64,000 nucleotides of DNA from Chrysomallon squamiferum (taxonomy: Eukaryota; Animalia; Mollusca): the NCBI GenBank assembly GCA_012295275.1, contig CM022666.1:13082001-13146000 (forward strand). Direction: 5' to 3'. The translations under genes and the position numbers were made by a program. How positions within the stretch are numbered: the stretch's first letter is position 1; each line of letters starts with the position of its first letter. Below, piece by piece: positions 42,966 to 56,613 of the stretch. The notes under the pieces were generated by a model that did not search any database, was not told the origin of the DNA, and was given only the letters and a program-made list of their open reading frames with translations.

Positions 42966-43701
42966 GAAACTTGAATGAACTAGACTGCTGCACAGGGGTG
43001 GTTCAGAACTACAAGAAAGACCCCGAATACGTATTCAGTTTTGTTATACCATTTCAGAAATCAAGGGGGAAATTTAATTTAAAATAATAATAATAATAAT
43101 AAAAATAAATAAATAATATTGTCCGTATAGGTTCTGAAAATTTCATTAAAAATATTGTTCTGACAATTTCATGAAGTTCTGCTATATCAAGAAATAAATA
43201 TTAATGTTCAGAAAATATGGAGTTCATAACGATGAGAAGTACAAGCAGGCCTAAAGTGGAGGAAAAATTTTCTTTCAACGTTAACAAGATAGTTAATTTG
43301 ATTTTTCTTTCATCTATAATTATTTATTTGAACATCAGATGCAGATACCAAAATAAAACTTGTAAACTGGATGTAAAAATGCTATATTTTGTCGTGGCTT
43401 ATCAACTTTCCAAAGACTGTTGCGAACGTGCGTTTGTCAGCATCTACCCAGTATTAGGGCGAATCCAGTCGAAGTCTAAACCAAAAAGACCTGAAAACTA
43501 ACCGGAAGAGCATTTATTGTAATTATAGAAACTTGCCTTTTTATCATGTTAAATTCAGCGTGTTTATCACTTAAAGCTAGCTTAAATTATCTGATTTAAC
43601 TATATAGATACTTTTTAATACTTATAATTATTCCTTCTTTCCGTCTTTCTTTTTATTTTTTTCAAACTACCATGTGCACTTTAAATAAAGCTTTTGCTAT
43701 G

Positions 43702-43746
<45 letters not shown>

Positions 43747-43970
43747 TATACCTTTTCAAACAGTATGACCTAAAAATATTATTGTAAAACAATCAAATCG
43801 CCATTATTATTATTAACTCGAGCCAATGCTAGGCCGGCTCGTCTGTTTATGCTATTATTATTATTGTTACTATTTACTGCACATTAAAACGATTTCCTTG
43901 TTATAACTATAATAATAACTTTTTCCCCTTTTTCAGGCACAATGAAATTACTGTGATTAGCGAGAAATAC

Positions 43971-44013
<43 letters not shown>

Positions 44014-44180
44014 TAATAATATATGTTATATCACTATTTAGTTGATATGTTAAAAATAACAAAATACTGATGATGATGATATACAGGTAACACCATAAGT
44101 ATCTACTTGAATAACATAAACGCTAGTACGTAAGTGTAAGCTTAATTAACACAATCCTCAAAATTGTATGAACATAATAT

Positions 44181-44236
<56 letters not shown>

Positions 44237-45202
44237 AAACCAGCACCTAAAATACGATGAGGCTTCCGTATTCTAGGACAATCACAAACTGACCGACAAA
44301 ACGAAACTGACCACATTTTGCAAAAACCAGTTTGTACTGGAGAGAACATCACTTTGTTTTTGTTTTTTTTTTTTTTTTTTTTTTTTTTCTGATGGGGTTT
44401 CATTGTAAAAGAATGTACTTTATATCTGTTTACAATATGGCGCAGATACATTTTTTTTTATTATTATTTTCTAGTAAAGGAGGTCAAGCAGGTCTTTTGT
44501 GCGTGAACTTATCCGAATTCCTCAGAGTTTATGGATTTGCATAAACATAAAGATGAATAACGCAGTTATGCATGTTCAGTGAATATTTATATTAGATTTT
44601 AGTTTTGAAATATAATACTTTGCATTAAACAAATAAATAAATAAAAAGAATAATTTTTTTTTTTTTTTTTATTTCTATGCCTCTAAACAATTTAGATAAA
44701 ATGAAAACATTCGAATAAATTATACTGATAACTGAATATTTTTTGGGTCCATAATGGTATTAAAAACAGTCACCATGAAAATGCCGTGAACATTTCTAGT
44801 TTACGTGAAATGTGCCTGTCATTACTCCAGATGAGTAGTACGTTTACAAAGTTAACTGGGTTTTGGAAAAACTTAATTAATTTCAGACAGTTTTAAAAAA
44901 ACACGCTTTTATTAACAGTAACACGCAAAAACTAAATGTAAAAATTAAAAAAGAAAAAGAAAGAAAGGCCAAAACCTATTTTAAATGTTTGATTATGATA
45001 ATAAATGAACCCTTTAAGTTGCTTGGAGCGTGGATGTTATCACTCAGTCTATTTTGAGTTTTGTACTTTCAACAATTCGATGCTTAGTTGTAATAAAAAG
45101 TTATCAAAAAAAAAAAAAAAAAAAAAAATAATAATAATAAAAAAAAAAAAAAAAAAAAAAAAAAAATAATAATAATAGTAGTAGTAGTAGTAGTACTAGA
45201 AG

Positions 45203-45427
45203 CAGTGGCGGACCGACATTGTTGTGGCCCTGAAGCTTCAACAATTGAAGGGCCGCAACTAGGTCTGTAAAAGTTTACTCTTACCTTCTTCAATGGCAGT
45301 GATCCGACTGGTTTTAAAAATTAAGACACCTCTCAGATTTAATTACAATGTTGAAGAATAGTAGACTAAAGTCGCCTCTGGGATATGGGGCTCTCAAGCT
45401 TAAGCTTCATTCGTTTCATAGTTAATT
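45203..45427. mobile_element. MER53-like hAT MITE remnant in the divergent promoter region
   Basis: Starts CAGTGGCGGA...tgtggccctgaagctt..caatt..gggcc and ends ggggctctcaagcttaagcttcattcgtttcatagttaat. Both ends resemble the recalled MER53 consensus. Right TIR eroded. Confidence 0.55.
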
Positions 45428-45839
45428 TTGAAATTAAATAACAAAGTTTACGTATCTAGCCTATATTCTGAGATCTCTGTCAATTAAACACGATTTTTAT
45501 AAACACAATTTATCACTACAGCAATTTTTTTTTTCTTTATGTGATACACCGAATTTTCTGCAGGTGTAAATCCAGGTTTTATTCACAAATATATGTTTCT
45601 GTTTACATATAGATATATTCTTACGTTTCTAATCTAGTTTGTAAACGAGAAATGGCGATAGCAAACTACACAACAAGGTTTTTTTCACATAAAAGTCTCT
45701 CATTTTTATCAGTATTATTCATTTATATTAAAAGTATTTACTTGTTTTTTTTCTATTCACTTATATTTTAATTTTCCTTATGACATTAATTGTTCTTACA
45801 TGGTAAGCATAATAACTAGACATCGTGCGTAACGACAAA

Positions 45840-45943
45840 TCTGATTGCTTCATATTTAACCGGAAATTGTTTTATCATCCAATTGTATTGCTGGTTTTAA
45901 AGAGACACCGCGAAATTCAAAGTAAAGGTTCTTTATCAAAACA
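45840..45943 (+). promoter_or_regulatory. Putative ECT2 core promoter/5' UTR with E2F and CHR-type elements
   Basis: CCGCGAAA (reverse E2F site TTTCGCGG) at 45908-45915 abuts TTCAAA (reverse CHR TTTGAA) at 45916-45921. TAACCGGAAA (MYB/ETS-like) at ~45857. Lies just upstream of the ATG. Confidence 0.55.
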
Positions 45944-45983
45944 ATGGCGGAAGATTGTATTTTAGAAGTTGTAAAAGAAGACG
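45944..45983 (+). CDS. ECT2: ECT2 exon 1 (start)
   Basis: acaATGG Kozak context; MAEDCILEVVKED+G|gtaagc. Phase 1 matches the acceptor at 56540. Located in a CpG-rich patch. Confidence 0.75.
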
Positions 45984-48169
45984 GTAAGCTAAAGATCATT
46001 CTTTCTTTTCTTTTTTAAAATTCAATTTGATGTTTACTAGTCGCTGAATTACTGAGTCTACGCAGACTTTCGTTATAAGAAAATAACAATGTTATTGTTT
46101 TGTTATCTCAAAATGTCATGAGCACTTCGGGCGAAAAAGGTAGTGCTTGGGCAGTTCTGAATAAGTAAAGGAGTAAAATAAAACTGTTAACAGATAAAAT
46201 GATACTTTCAAACACAACAACAACAACAACAACAACAACAAACAGTTTTTAGTCGGTTACTAAATTAATGTCGACATCGTGATCATTCAGCTTTTGTTTT
46301 GATCTTTTTGCCATCGCCGGGCATGTTATTTTAATATTTAAATATTTTTATTTAATTATGATTTATTGACAGGGCATCTTCAAAATATCCGCATTGCGGA
46401 TTTTAACGGAAATGGATTCTAGCACGCACATTACAAACACGATCTGTTGGAAGAATTATTATTGCACTTTATCAAAATTAAATAAAATTTAATTTATAAT
46501 ATTTTATTAAAATAATTAATTCAGCTTTTGAAATGTTTACTTAATATGTGCTATTTATGTATCTTATGAGGTACCTGTGTAATAACGATTGAAAAAGATT
46601 TTCTCTGAGACTAATAGTAATACATTAAAATGTTAACATGACACTGGCTTTTTCTTCATTATATTAATATAGACATGGAAACGTGATTTACTTGATTCTA
46701 CAGTACATGCCATTCTCATTTATTTGGAAGAGTTGTCGTCTGTTGATTTACATTGTTTACAGTAATAACTGAATGTCGATTATGATGATGAATCTTCTTA
46801 TAATTCTTTTTTTAAATTAGTTCAATGGTGACGTGATAAAATATTTCCTTTGACATCAAAATTAATTAGTTATCAGTATTTTCTGACGTTCAGATTAATA
46901 ATAATAATAATAATAAAACCCCACAAACAAAACAACAACAAAAAAACAAAAATACAAAAAAAGCATAAACAAAAACAAAAAACAACACAAACACAAAAAC
47001 AACAGATATATATATATATATATATATAATCTGTGTTAGAGTAGTCTCTTTAATATTATTCATTCAGTTTAACTCATATTATAATTTTAAATAATTAACT
47101 TCTATTTTAGATTTGATTCTAAAGTGTTACATTTTCTTTCAGTACTTGTCTCCAAACAAAAATACAAAGATTAATTATCTTAATGTACTGGTGTTATTAT
47201 GAAACTTAATACTCAAAGAGTCAAAAGCTGATAGTAATAATTTTTGATGTGCCTTGATACAGATATGTGAAGAACACTTTTTTTATTTTACACAGAAATT
47301 TAGTTAATTAAGCACAGTGTTAGGCTTAAGTTTAGAATGACTCCAAAACTTTTTGTATATTAATAGGAATCAGTGAAAGGCATAGATTCTGTGATATGCT
47401 TTAAATTAACAGTTCAGGGAAAAGATGGTTGTCAGGAAACTTTTCTAAAATAATAATATCAGTCTCATAGCTCATAGTTATAACTGTTTTTTCTGGTCAG
47501 TACAAAAAATTAAGTATCTGTTATCTATTACATTTGCTGTTATGTAATTATTATTTTGTGCTGTATTATAGTGATAGATGTGACAAGCAAGTATAAGTGA
47601 AAACTAAATACAGAATGGTTTGAACATTGACAAAAATGTCCTTCATTTTAATTTTTTCTCTCTAAAATCTAGATTAAAAGAGTCAATAGAAAATACTTAC
47701 TTTTGTTAGGTGATTTATTTATAAAACCCTCCTGTATTGTAATATTACATTATCTAATTTAATGTACTTAAATTTAATATTTACATTATATTAAAAACAA
47801 GTCTTTTTAAAAAAATAATTCCTTAATTTTTCTTCATATATATATATATATCTGTGTGAATGTGTGTGTCATTGTTTTTTTAATATTTAAATTAAGTTAC
47901 ACTTCAGTCTTATTTTCTGAATACTGATGTAACTGATGTCATTTTGTTAGAATGGACTAACTTATTTAAACATGTCTGCCAGGCATTGTTCATTTCCTAG
48001 AACACAAACTCTCCATAGGTGATTGTCTCTGTGATTTATTTATTTGTTTATTATTAATTTTCTTATGAGAAGTGTTGGCTGTCCTTTCCCTGTAGAAAAA
48101 CTAACTTTCTGCGTAGAAAGAAAATCAGTGTTGCAAAGAACCAGTCATCATCACACTGACTGCGCTATA

Positions 48170-48270
48170 TCCAGTTCCAGCCAGTGACCCATCATTGTTT
48201 TATTAAAAGTGATGGTGTATAATTTCCTGTGTGAAAGAAAGTGCATATAAAATTCCAAAATGGCTGGCTT
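48170..48270 (+). mobile_element. SINE core fragment; related fragments at ~9800-9910, ~23105-23125 and ~34700-34845
   Basis: GTTCCAGCCAGTGAC is shared by ~23110 and ~48174. ATAAAAGATCCCTTGTTGCTA (~9867) resembles ATAAAAGATTCCTTACTGCTA (~34738). The pieces match a gastropod SINE core as I recall it. Confidence 0.45.
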
Positions 48271-48942
48271 TTAAACTCGAGAGCAGTCATGACACAGGAG
48301 CACTGATTCATATTCTTAATGAATCTTAATTACAGATATGTGCCACATAGATACTGATCATCTAATGTGCAGTAGAATGTTAAATAATTTTAATTTAAAT
48401 TTTAATTTTTTATTAGTATCCCTGTGGTTTCATATCTTGCTATCTTTACAGGATAAAAAAAAAAAAAAAAAAAAAAAAAAAACAAAATAAACAATAGCAG
48501 TAATGAAAGAGAATAGACCAACCCATTCCTCAAAATTGGTTAAAAATAGAAAATTATAAATTAATATTTATTTACAGACTTGGGAATGGAAAGCCATAAA
48601 CTTAAACATTTTATTTTTGTTTTACTACTGCTTTTTTAAAAATTTATTTTCTTTTCTTTATTTTACTTTCTTTAAAATTATTATTATTATTCTTTATTTG
48701 CACTTTTGTTTTTGTTTCTTGGTATCTTTTTCAGTTTATAAGAAAGTTGGAAGTGTGTGTAAGGTGAAATCACATTGTGAAATTACTCATCAAAAGACAA
48801 AACATGGCTGGGGTACGTGACTGTGTGAAGCTTGGCTCATAAACCAAATTGTGTTGTACATGTTAATAGTCCATCCCTGTCTGTTGCACCTACAAATATA
48901 TTATTTTACATGAATATAAGTTCTTAGTGTGAAAGGGAAATA

Positions 48943-49476
48943 CAGTGGAACCTCAGGTTACTAATGTAATTTGTTCCAGAACTTGGTTTGTAAACTGAAT
49001 TCTAAGTAAACCAAGGCTATGTCAGACACGAACACCACTCTCATGTTTTGCAAATATTTCTTTCTTAACCTCTTCTGTGATACTTTTATACTTTCCACCA
49101 GGATTATCGCTTTCACTTTTTGTTTTCTTGAGCACTGTATTGGATAGGGTATAATAAAAAAATATGCACATAAAAGCAGCAACACTTTAAAAATGTGAGT
49201 GCACGATCTCAGTGCAAAAGCTATTGAGCTGCAACTGCATATTGAAGACTAAAGACCCTAATTCATCCTTACTTTGACCTCAGTTTTGATGTAAGCATCT
49301 ATTCTTATCTTTACTAGATGTTGATGTCAAAACCAACATCAAAAGAAACCTTATCGTTGTGCATCACTATAGTTCTTAACTCAGGACATTATTCGTAAAC
49401 CAAGACAAAAATTGGCCAAGATCGCATAATCTGATTTGTTCATGCTTCGAGGCATTTGTAACCCAAGGTTCCACTG
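48943..49476. mobile_element. pogo/Tigger-type MITE
   Basis: TA|CAGTGGAACCTcaGGTTAC...GTAACCcaAGGTTCCACTG|TA: TIRs with TA duplication, 534 bp. Confidence 0.85.
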
Positions 49477-50833
49477 TACTTTGATATGATTTTATTTACA
49501 ATTTAACCACTGAGTATTTATATTTATATTTATATTTTATTTTATTTTGTTTTTCACTTTTAAATTACAAATTCCATATTTAAGTTCCATTTTCAGATAG
49601 TGTATATTAATACTTAATATGTTAATATTATTACATTTTATAATAACTTAGCTCATATTTTGCTTTTTAATTGATCAAAAATAATTAGAATGATTTTACC
49701 AGAAAGTAAATAATATATTCAAATATTAATGCTCATTAATGGAGAGAATATCTAGTGTATGCAAATGTAATTTTACATTTTGATAATCAATTGCTTGTTA
49801 ACTAAAAAAATAATACTTTAATATTATGTAATGAACCTGCTGCTTTGATTGACATGTTTACTGTTGCTACTCAGTATGTACATGGTCATAAACTATATGT
49901 GACCTTATATGAAGTGACCCAAGCCTCAAACAATACTTGTACTCCCTGTGGAATTCCTCATTTGTTTATGTACATAAAAAATAATCTTACTGATAATTTT
50001 TACAAAATCTGCTTATCTTATCAGTCTTGTCATTCTTCTGTGGTTTGCTGTATTGTTTACGTGTAGCTGTATACATGGTGTCATAATTTTGACTTTTAAA
50101 ACCATCTGCTTGTAATACAAACATGCATTGTCATTGGAATGTGACTTTGGGGACCTAAATGTTAATAAAAAAATAAAAAAATAAAGATCATTGAGACTGG
50201 TTTGATTAGATTATGTACATTTGTTTTGACTGTGAAACGTGTGTTTGTTATCTTACCAAGATAGTGTTGTTTTTGTCAGCAGATTGCAACTACAGGTGAT
50301 CATGAATCCATGTGCACAATTTTGAGCACATAGACACTCACTCGCACTGTCATTTGTTTTTGTCGTTCATCTTGTTTTTCTTTACAGCAGAGTTCATTTC
50401 ACTGTGAAAGTTTTATTTCCAACAAAGATGCACGTTGCCCTATTCAGAAATATCAGTTCTGCACATTTATTGAACAATTTCTATCACAATCCCCATGCAT
50501 TCTAGGGTTAAACTGTTACCAAATAGAAAAGGAATATCTGTAACTGACTGATTGAAGTAAATAAAGTAGATTAATGCACAGACCTGACACATGATCTGTC
50601 ATAGGATCAGATCTCAGTAACCCTGGAATATCTTCCTTGTGTGTAAATATAAAAGATTGCCTGTTACTAGAAGATGAACAGCCTTTGCACCATATACAAA
50701 AAATATTTGCAGCATACTACTGTCACTACTGCTAGTACTATTCTACCATTGCTGTTAGTACTATTCTACTATAACTACTACTGTTCTACAACTACTTCAC
50801 TACTGCTAGTACTATTCTACTACTATTACTTCT

Positions 50834-51458
50834 GGGTCATTCCGTTTATGCATACATGTATGCCTACAGTGTCTTACTCGATGATCAAGAAAGATGTGAT
50901 CCCTAGCATCCAGAATTGATCATTCAGGTTTTAGTTAATCAGATGTTAATGGCTGAAAAGGTGTTATTTTCATGTATGTGCATTTTTTAAATCTATATTG
51001 TGGCTAAACAAAAAATATTACACCCAGGAAACTTTTATATGTTTTAGTTAACATGTGGGAGATTAAATTTCAATAAAGGTCATCTCAAGATCACGTGATC
51101 CACATGGTCAATTTCAAGGTCATAGCAAAGATCAAAAGGTCAAGGTACTCCAATATTTTCCAAACTAAAGCAGATTTGGAATCCTTGTCATTTTGCCTTT
51201 CTAACAATACCAATTTTATGAAGATTGGCCCAGTAGTTCCTGAGATATGAGGGTTCTAAGGTTGGTGGTCACACCCATTTTTGGCAAAAATCTCAAAATT
51301 CGGTGGGCCGTATCTCCCACACCACTGGTCTGATTGGGCTAAAATTTCAGATTTGGTGCTATGGGATCCCAGTCAACAAGTATACGAAGTTTGATAAAAA
51401 TCTGAGACGGTCGGGTTTAAATTTCTTTTTTTTTGGGTGATTTGACACAGAATGATCC
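50834..51458. mobile_element. Non-autonomous DNA transposon with 4-bp TSD (Sola-like)
   Basis: TTCT|GGGTCATTC...GAATGATCC|TTCT: imperfect 9-bp TIRs and TTCT duplication. Internal AAGGTCA repeats. Interrupts an ACT-rich minisatellite. Confidence 0.6.
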
Positions 51459-51459
51459 T

Positions 51460-52210
51460 TCTGTTTTCTTTCTACTACTACTACTACAACTATTGCTACT
51501 ATTACTGATGTTCTTTCTACAACTACTACCTCTATTGTAACTATTACTATTGTTCTCTTTCTACTACTACAACTATTGCTGTTATTACTACTGTTCTATT
51601 TCTACTACAACTATTGCTACTATTACTATTGTTCTATTTGTACTACTACTACTACAACTATTGCTACTATTACTATTGTTCTATTTCTGCTACTACTTCA
51701 ACTTGCTACTGTTACTATTGTTCTATTTCTACTACAACTATTGCTACTATTACTATTGTTCTATTTCTACAACTATTACTACTGTTACTATTGTTCTCTT
51801 TCTGCTATTGCTACTATTTCCATTCTATTTCTGCTATTTCTACTACTACAATTATTGCTACTTTTACTGCTATCCTATTTCTACTAGTACTATTACAACT
51901 ATTGCTAATACTACAATTATTGCTACTATTACTATTGTTCTATTTCTACTACTACTACAACTATTACTACAATTATTATTGTTCTATTTCTACTACTACA
52001 ACTATTGCAACTATTACTATTCTATTTCTGCTACTACTACAACTATTGCTACTATTACTATTCTATTTCTACTAATACTACAACTATTGCTTTTATTACT
52101 ATTGTTCTATTTCTACTAATACTACAACTATTGCTATTATTACTATTCTATTTCTGCTACTGCTACTATTACAAATATCGCTACTATCACTACTGTACTA
52201 TTTCCACTAT
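51460..52210. repeat. ACT-rich minisatellite, ~36-45-bp unit
   Basis: ACAACTATTGCTACTATTACTATTGTTCTATTTCTACT repeated; related sequence at 50715-50833. Confidence 0.93.
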
Positions 52211-52424
52211 TAGTATCTTTTATCATACATTTTTACATGGGTAGAGACAAGATTGTGAAACACAAAATAACACATTATGTCCTTCTTATCCGTTTTATTT
52301 CTCAGTGACATCATGACAATCAATTCCACTTTCCCATTAGTGGGAAACCACACACCTCCCTTGTCCAAAACCAGCCAAATCTGGTAATTTGTGTCCCTGG
52401 TTCATAACTGTTTCCATCTTACTA

Positions 52425-53690
52425 CACAGCCTGAAAAAATGAAACACACAGAAAATACATTGCTAATATCTTCAGTTCTTCACATCAGACACACACGTTA
52501 GTTGTAGAAGGCAGGTAAATTTGAGAATATTAAAACTATGCATGAAGAAAATATTTGGCTTAACTGTTTTTCAAAATGACACTATAATCTCCATGTTTGA
52601 ATATTCAGCAGATTTTTGGTGAATGTTGTATTTTCTTCTAAAGGTGATTGTTGTCATAGTACTTATTTATAGTGATGGGAAAAAGTAACTGTGCATGACA
52701 TCATCATGTTTCATACAATTAACCTTTTCCAAAATTTGGTGTTTTGCCTGATGTGAGGTTACATGATGCTCATATATGTTTTTGAAAATGATAAACACAC
52801 AATAGTTGATTAATCATTTGCAGCAGTGAAAAAATATATTTAACAGAATACAAATGTCATGTTACATCTTTCCAAAATTCAACATCTTTGCATTGTTGGT
52901 ATGCAAGCAGAAATGGTGCAGAAGGAAGTCACCTATTGTTTTGGTGTATACAAAAACATGATAAACTCATTTTATCAAGAAGTTATCAATAACAGGGCAA
53001 CACCCATTGACTAGCCAAGAGCAGGCATCCACATGTGATATCATGTGAACAAGATAACCATAGTCAGTTGGTTCATTTATGAAATCGGTTCCAAACTACA
53101 AGTTTATCACAATGAACCATTCTTGGGTGACGACCATTTATTCCCAGAACCATACAGAATCAGTTACACAACTTGTGGCCCAGATGACAACTCATATGCC
53201 TTCCTTTACTTCCACATCACTTAACAACAACATCCAAGGTTCAGGTGACAAGACTGGGACAGTGTGCTGTTCACAGATGAGTCGAGCTTTCACCAGGACA
53301 TCTCTGATTGATATACAGTCGTCTATAGACATCAAGGGAAACATTTTGTCAGTGCATATGTTGTTCAGTGTTTGAGGTAGAAATGTGATGGTTTGGGGTG
53401 GTGTCACCTGTCACAGATGGACCAAGGTTGTCTTTATTAATGGCAATTTCACTGATAAATGCTACCGAGATGACATCATTTGACCTTCCATTACCCTTTG
53501 CTCAGCTGCATGAGTGTAAAATAGTATTACAGCTGGAGAATGCTTGTCCACAACAGCTGTAACAGACTTCTTATGACAACAGAACATTGATGTTCTTCCC
53601 TGGTCGCCATTTTCTTCAGATCTCTCACCAACTGAACATGTCTGGGATGAAATGGTTCAGCGTTTACGTTCATCTGTTTTGAAACCACCA
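52425..53690 (+). mobile_element. Decayed Tc1/mariner transposon
   Basis: Frameshifted WDSVLFTDES (53255), VMVWGGV, INGNFTDKCYRDDII, QLENACP, QNIDVLPWSPFSSDLSPTEHVWDEM are Tc1 DDE-domain motifs. Putative left end TA|CACAGCCTGAAAAAA; right TIR not found. Confidence 0.88.
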
Positions 53691-54608
53691 ACAACACACA
53701 GAAGTGAAACTGTAATGCAGAAAGAGAACTGATGCATGACTTTGCTTACATCCACTTTGCCCCATTTTGTCTTACACTGGTTGGTTTTGTTGTTACCAGA
53801 CAGAAATGCTAAAATAAATATATGTATCTTAGATCTGTATCGTAATGTGTATCTATGTGTATGTATGTCTGTATATGTCTGCTGTCTGTCTATATATATA
53901 TGTGTCTTTCCATTTCTCTAACTCCTATCTCTGTGTCTGTCTGTCTGTCTGTCTGTCTGCCAGTCAGTCAGTCTATTAATCTTTCAGTGTTACAGAATGA
54001 CTGGCAAACAGTAATTTATTATTTACTATCTACCCTGTACTCTAAAATGAATTTGAATACTGACTCATTGTTTTAGACAGAAAAGATTGTGACTGCACTT
54101 GTTGGAATGACATAATAATAATCATCAGTAGAAACATTCCTGCAGACTAGTTATCTGTGATCAATGAGGTTAACACTAGAGTAGCAGACATAATATATAT
54201 ATACACTGGTATGTAGGAGCTTTATGAAATTGCAGACTTCTCATGCTAAGACATGTTTAATTGACATTTTTTTTTTTTTTTTTCTTTTTTTTCAAGGGTG
54301 GTTGCTGTAATGTTTCATTGGCAGCAAATTTATGCAACTTGTTTTACTACACACATTTCCTCCATAATGTCTGGTTTATGAAATAAATGATAATTTGTTT
54401 TAGTCAAATAGGACTCATATGTACATAAATAAAGACAGACAGACAGGAAGGCCAATCAGTGTGTACATAAAAGATTTATATGTTACTTGTATGAACACAC
54501 ACACATATATAATTGTTTTGTGGATAACCTCAGATGTAATATTACTGACTTTATACAGTATTAATATGATATCTGTAGACACAGACAGATATGCTTATAA
54601 AGCAAAAT

Positions 54609-54644
<36 letters not shown>

Positions 54645-56539
54645 GAAAAATGATATTGGTCCCAGTAACTTTATGCCATGGTATAGGTAGTTAAATATAA
54701 ATATAAACAAAAACCTTTATTTAAAGTAGGAAAATATATTCCACAGTGTGTGTGTGTGTGTATGCTTGGTATTTTCAAGTATCTTAGAAACAGTCTGTCA
54801 TTGTTGATGAAAATGTTATATAATTTTTCCTGTTATGTAAATAATTTTGAAAAGCAATTTTAACAGTCTGTCATAGAATTGTGTTTAACATCAGTTGCAA
54901 ACATTTGCTTTTTGAAAAAAAAAAAAAAAGAAGAAGAAAAAAAGATTTTTGTTTAATTTGTTTTATTATTTAAAGATTGTCAGCATTTAAATGTTTGATA
55001 TGTGAATAATCACAGTCATATTTTGATTTAAAAATTTCAGCCTGGAAACAATCTGTCACTGATGACGTTTTTCCCATATTTTTTTCCAAAGCAGTTTTCT
55101 CAGTCATTGCCTCCATTGTTGGTCATTCAGTTTTCAGAATTTGCAGGTGCGTTTTTCTCTCCTGAAATTTTGCTTTTGTACGGTTGCTGGTTATGGTCAG
55201 TACATTTTAAATTGCACAGCAAAATCTTTCTGTCAACTTAGTGGATTTAATGAAAATGTTTGACTTAATAAAAGTTTGACTACAATTGGTGTGCTTTTTT
55301 TTTATCCTCACTGCATTACAATAAATTCCATAAGAAAATAAGCTGTGGATGTTTATGCAGACTTCTGCTTTTGATACTAAATCTAAATCAAATGAGTGAG
55401 TTCACTGAGGTTTATCTATGTACATGTAAACACTACTAACAATCATTTCACCTATCTGCATGTACTAATTACAAGAAGCATGTCATCATTGTTTATTAAG
55501 TGCAATCATTTCAACTCACATGATAGTCTATTTAAGTTGAAACAAAGCATATTCATTTTTGTGCAATGTTTAAGTTTGGCTATGCTATATGAGAATTTCC
55601 ATAAATCTGTTTGGTTGTTTGGAGTAAATTCAACCAGTGTTTATTTGTTCAAAACAGTTGATTTTCTGTATGACATTGTAAAATCTGTCACTTAGTACCT
55701 AACTGAGTCTACTGACACACAAAGTACATTACACAGTAATCTGAGATGTAGGAAGATATTTCTGCACTTGTGTGATTAACTTAGTTCAGTGCAAGGTGAA
55801 AGATTTATTCTGAACGGAGACCAGAATTTGTGCTCAGTATAAGTCAGCATATTACTGTTAAGACTTCAGATTGTTTATTTGAAGGTGGAAATATATTTAA
55901 AATAGTTTTTATTAAAGATTCAGTACATATATGTCAATCAGCTGTTAAAAGTTGAAATACACATGCATGTGCACACACATACACAAAAACACAGAAAAAT
56001 TCACTGAATTTTAGACCACCTTTTGGTTTAATATAAAAGACCTATTCAGACTGAGTCTACACGTTCTTGTGATAAAAATTGTTATTGCAGTGACATTAGG
56101 CCATGTCTAATAGAGAATTTATTACCACTTTTAATAAATCAAAGTATTGTATCAAGCTTCAAATAATATTGATAATGTCTTTAGATGACATTGTTGCAAA
56201 TTATTGTTCAAATCAAAGGTAGTTGTATCAAGCTTCAAATTACTGCTACTATTATTACTGCTACAATACAACTACTACTTTTACAGACTTCTACTATTAG
56301 TACTACTACTGGGGTTACTGCTGCTGCTACCACTATTACTGCTACTATTACTACTATTAATAACACCTCTTTCCTTATTATTATTACTACTACTGCTGCT
56401 GCTGCTGATACTACTATTAATATCACTTCTATTATTACTGCTACTACTGCTACTGCTACCACTACTACTACTGCTACAACTACTATTAATACTACTACTA
56501 CTGTGACTTTTATTATTATTATTATTAATCTGTTTTCAG

Positions 56540-56613
56540 ATGACAAGGTATTGAAGATTGTCATTGTTGGTAAAGACACTCAGGAGCTAGATGAACTGAT
56601 CACATCACTTCAG
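56540..56613 (+). CDS. ECT2: ECT2 exon 2 (start of BRCT0)
   Basis: ttttcag|AT...CAG|gtttgt. DDKVLKIVIVGKDTQELDELITSLQ resembles vertebrate ECT2 RVILVQEAGKQEELIKAL. Confidence 0.85.
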
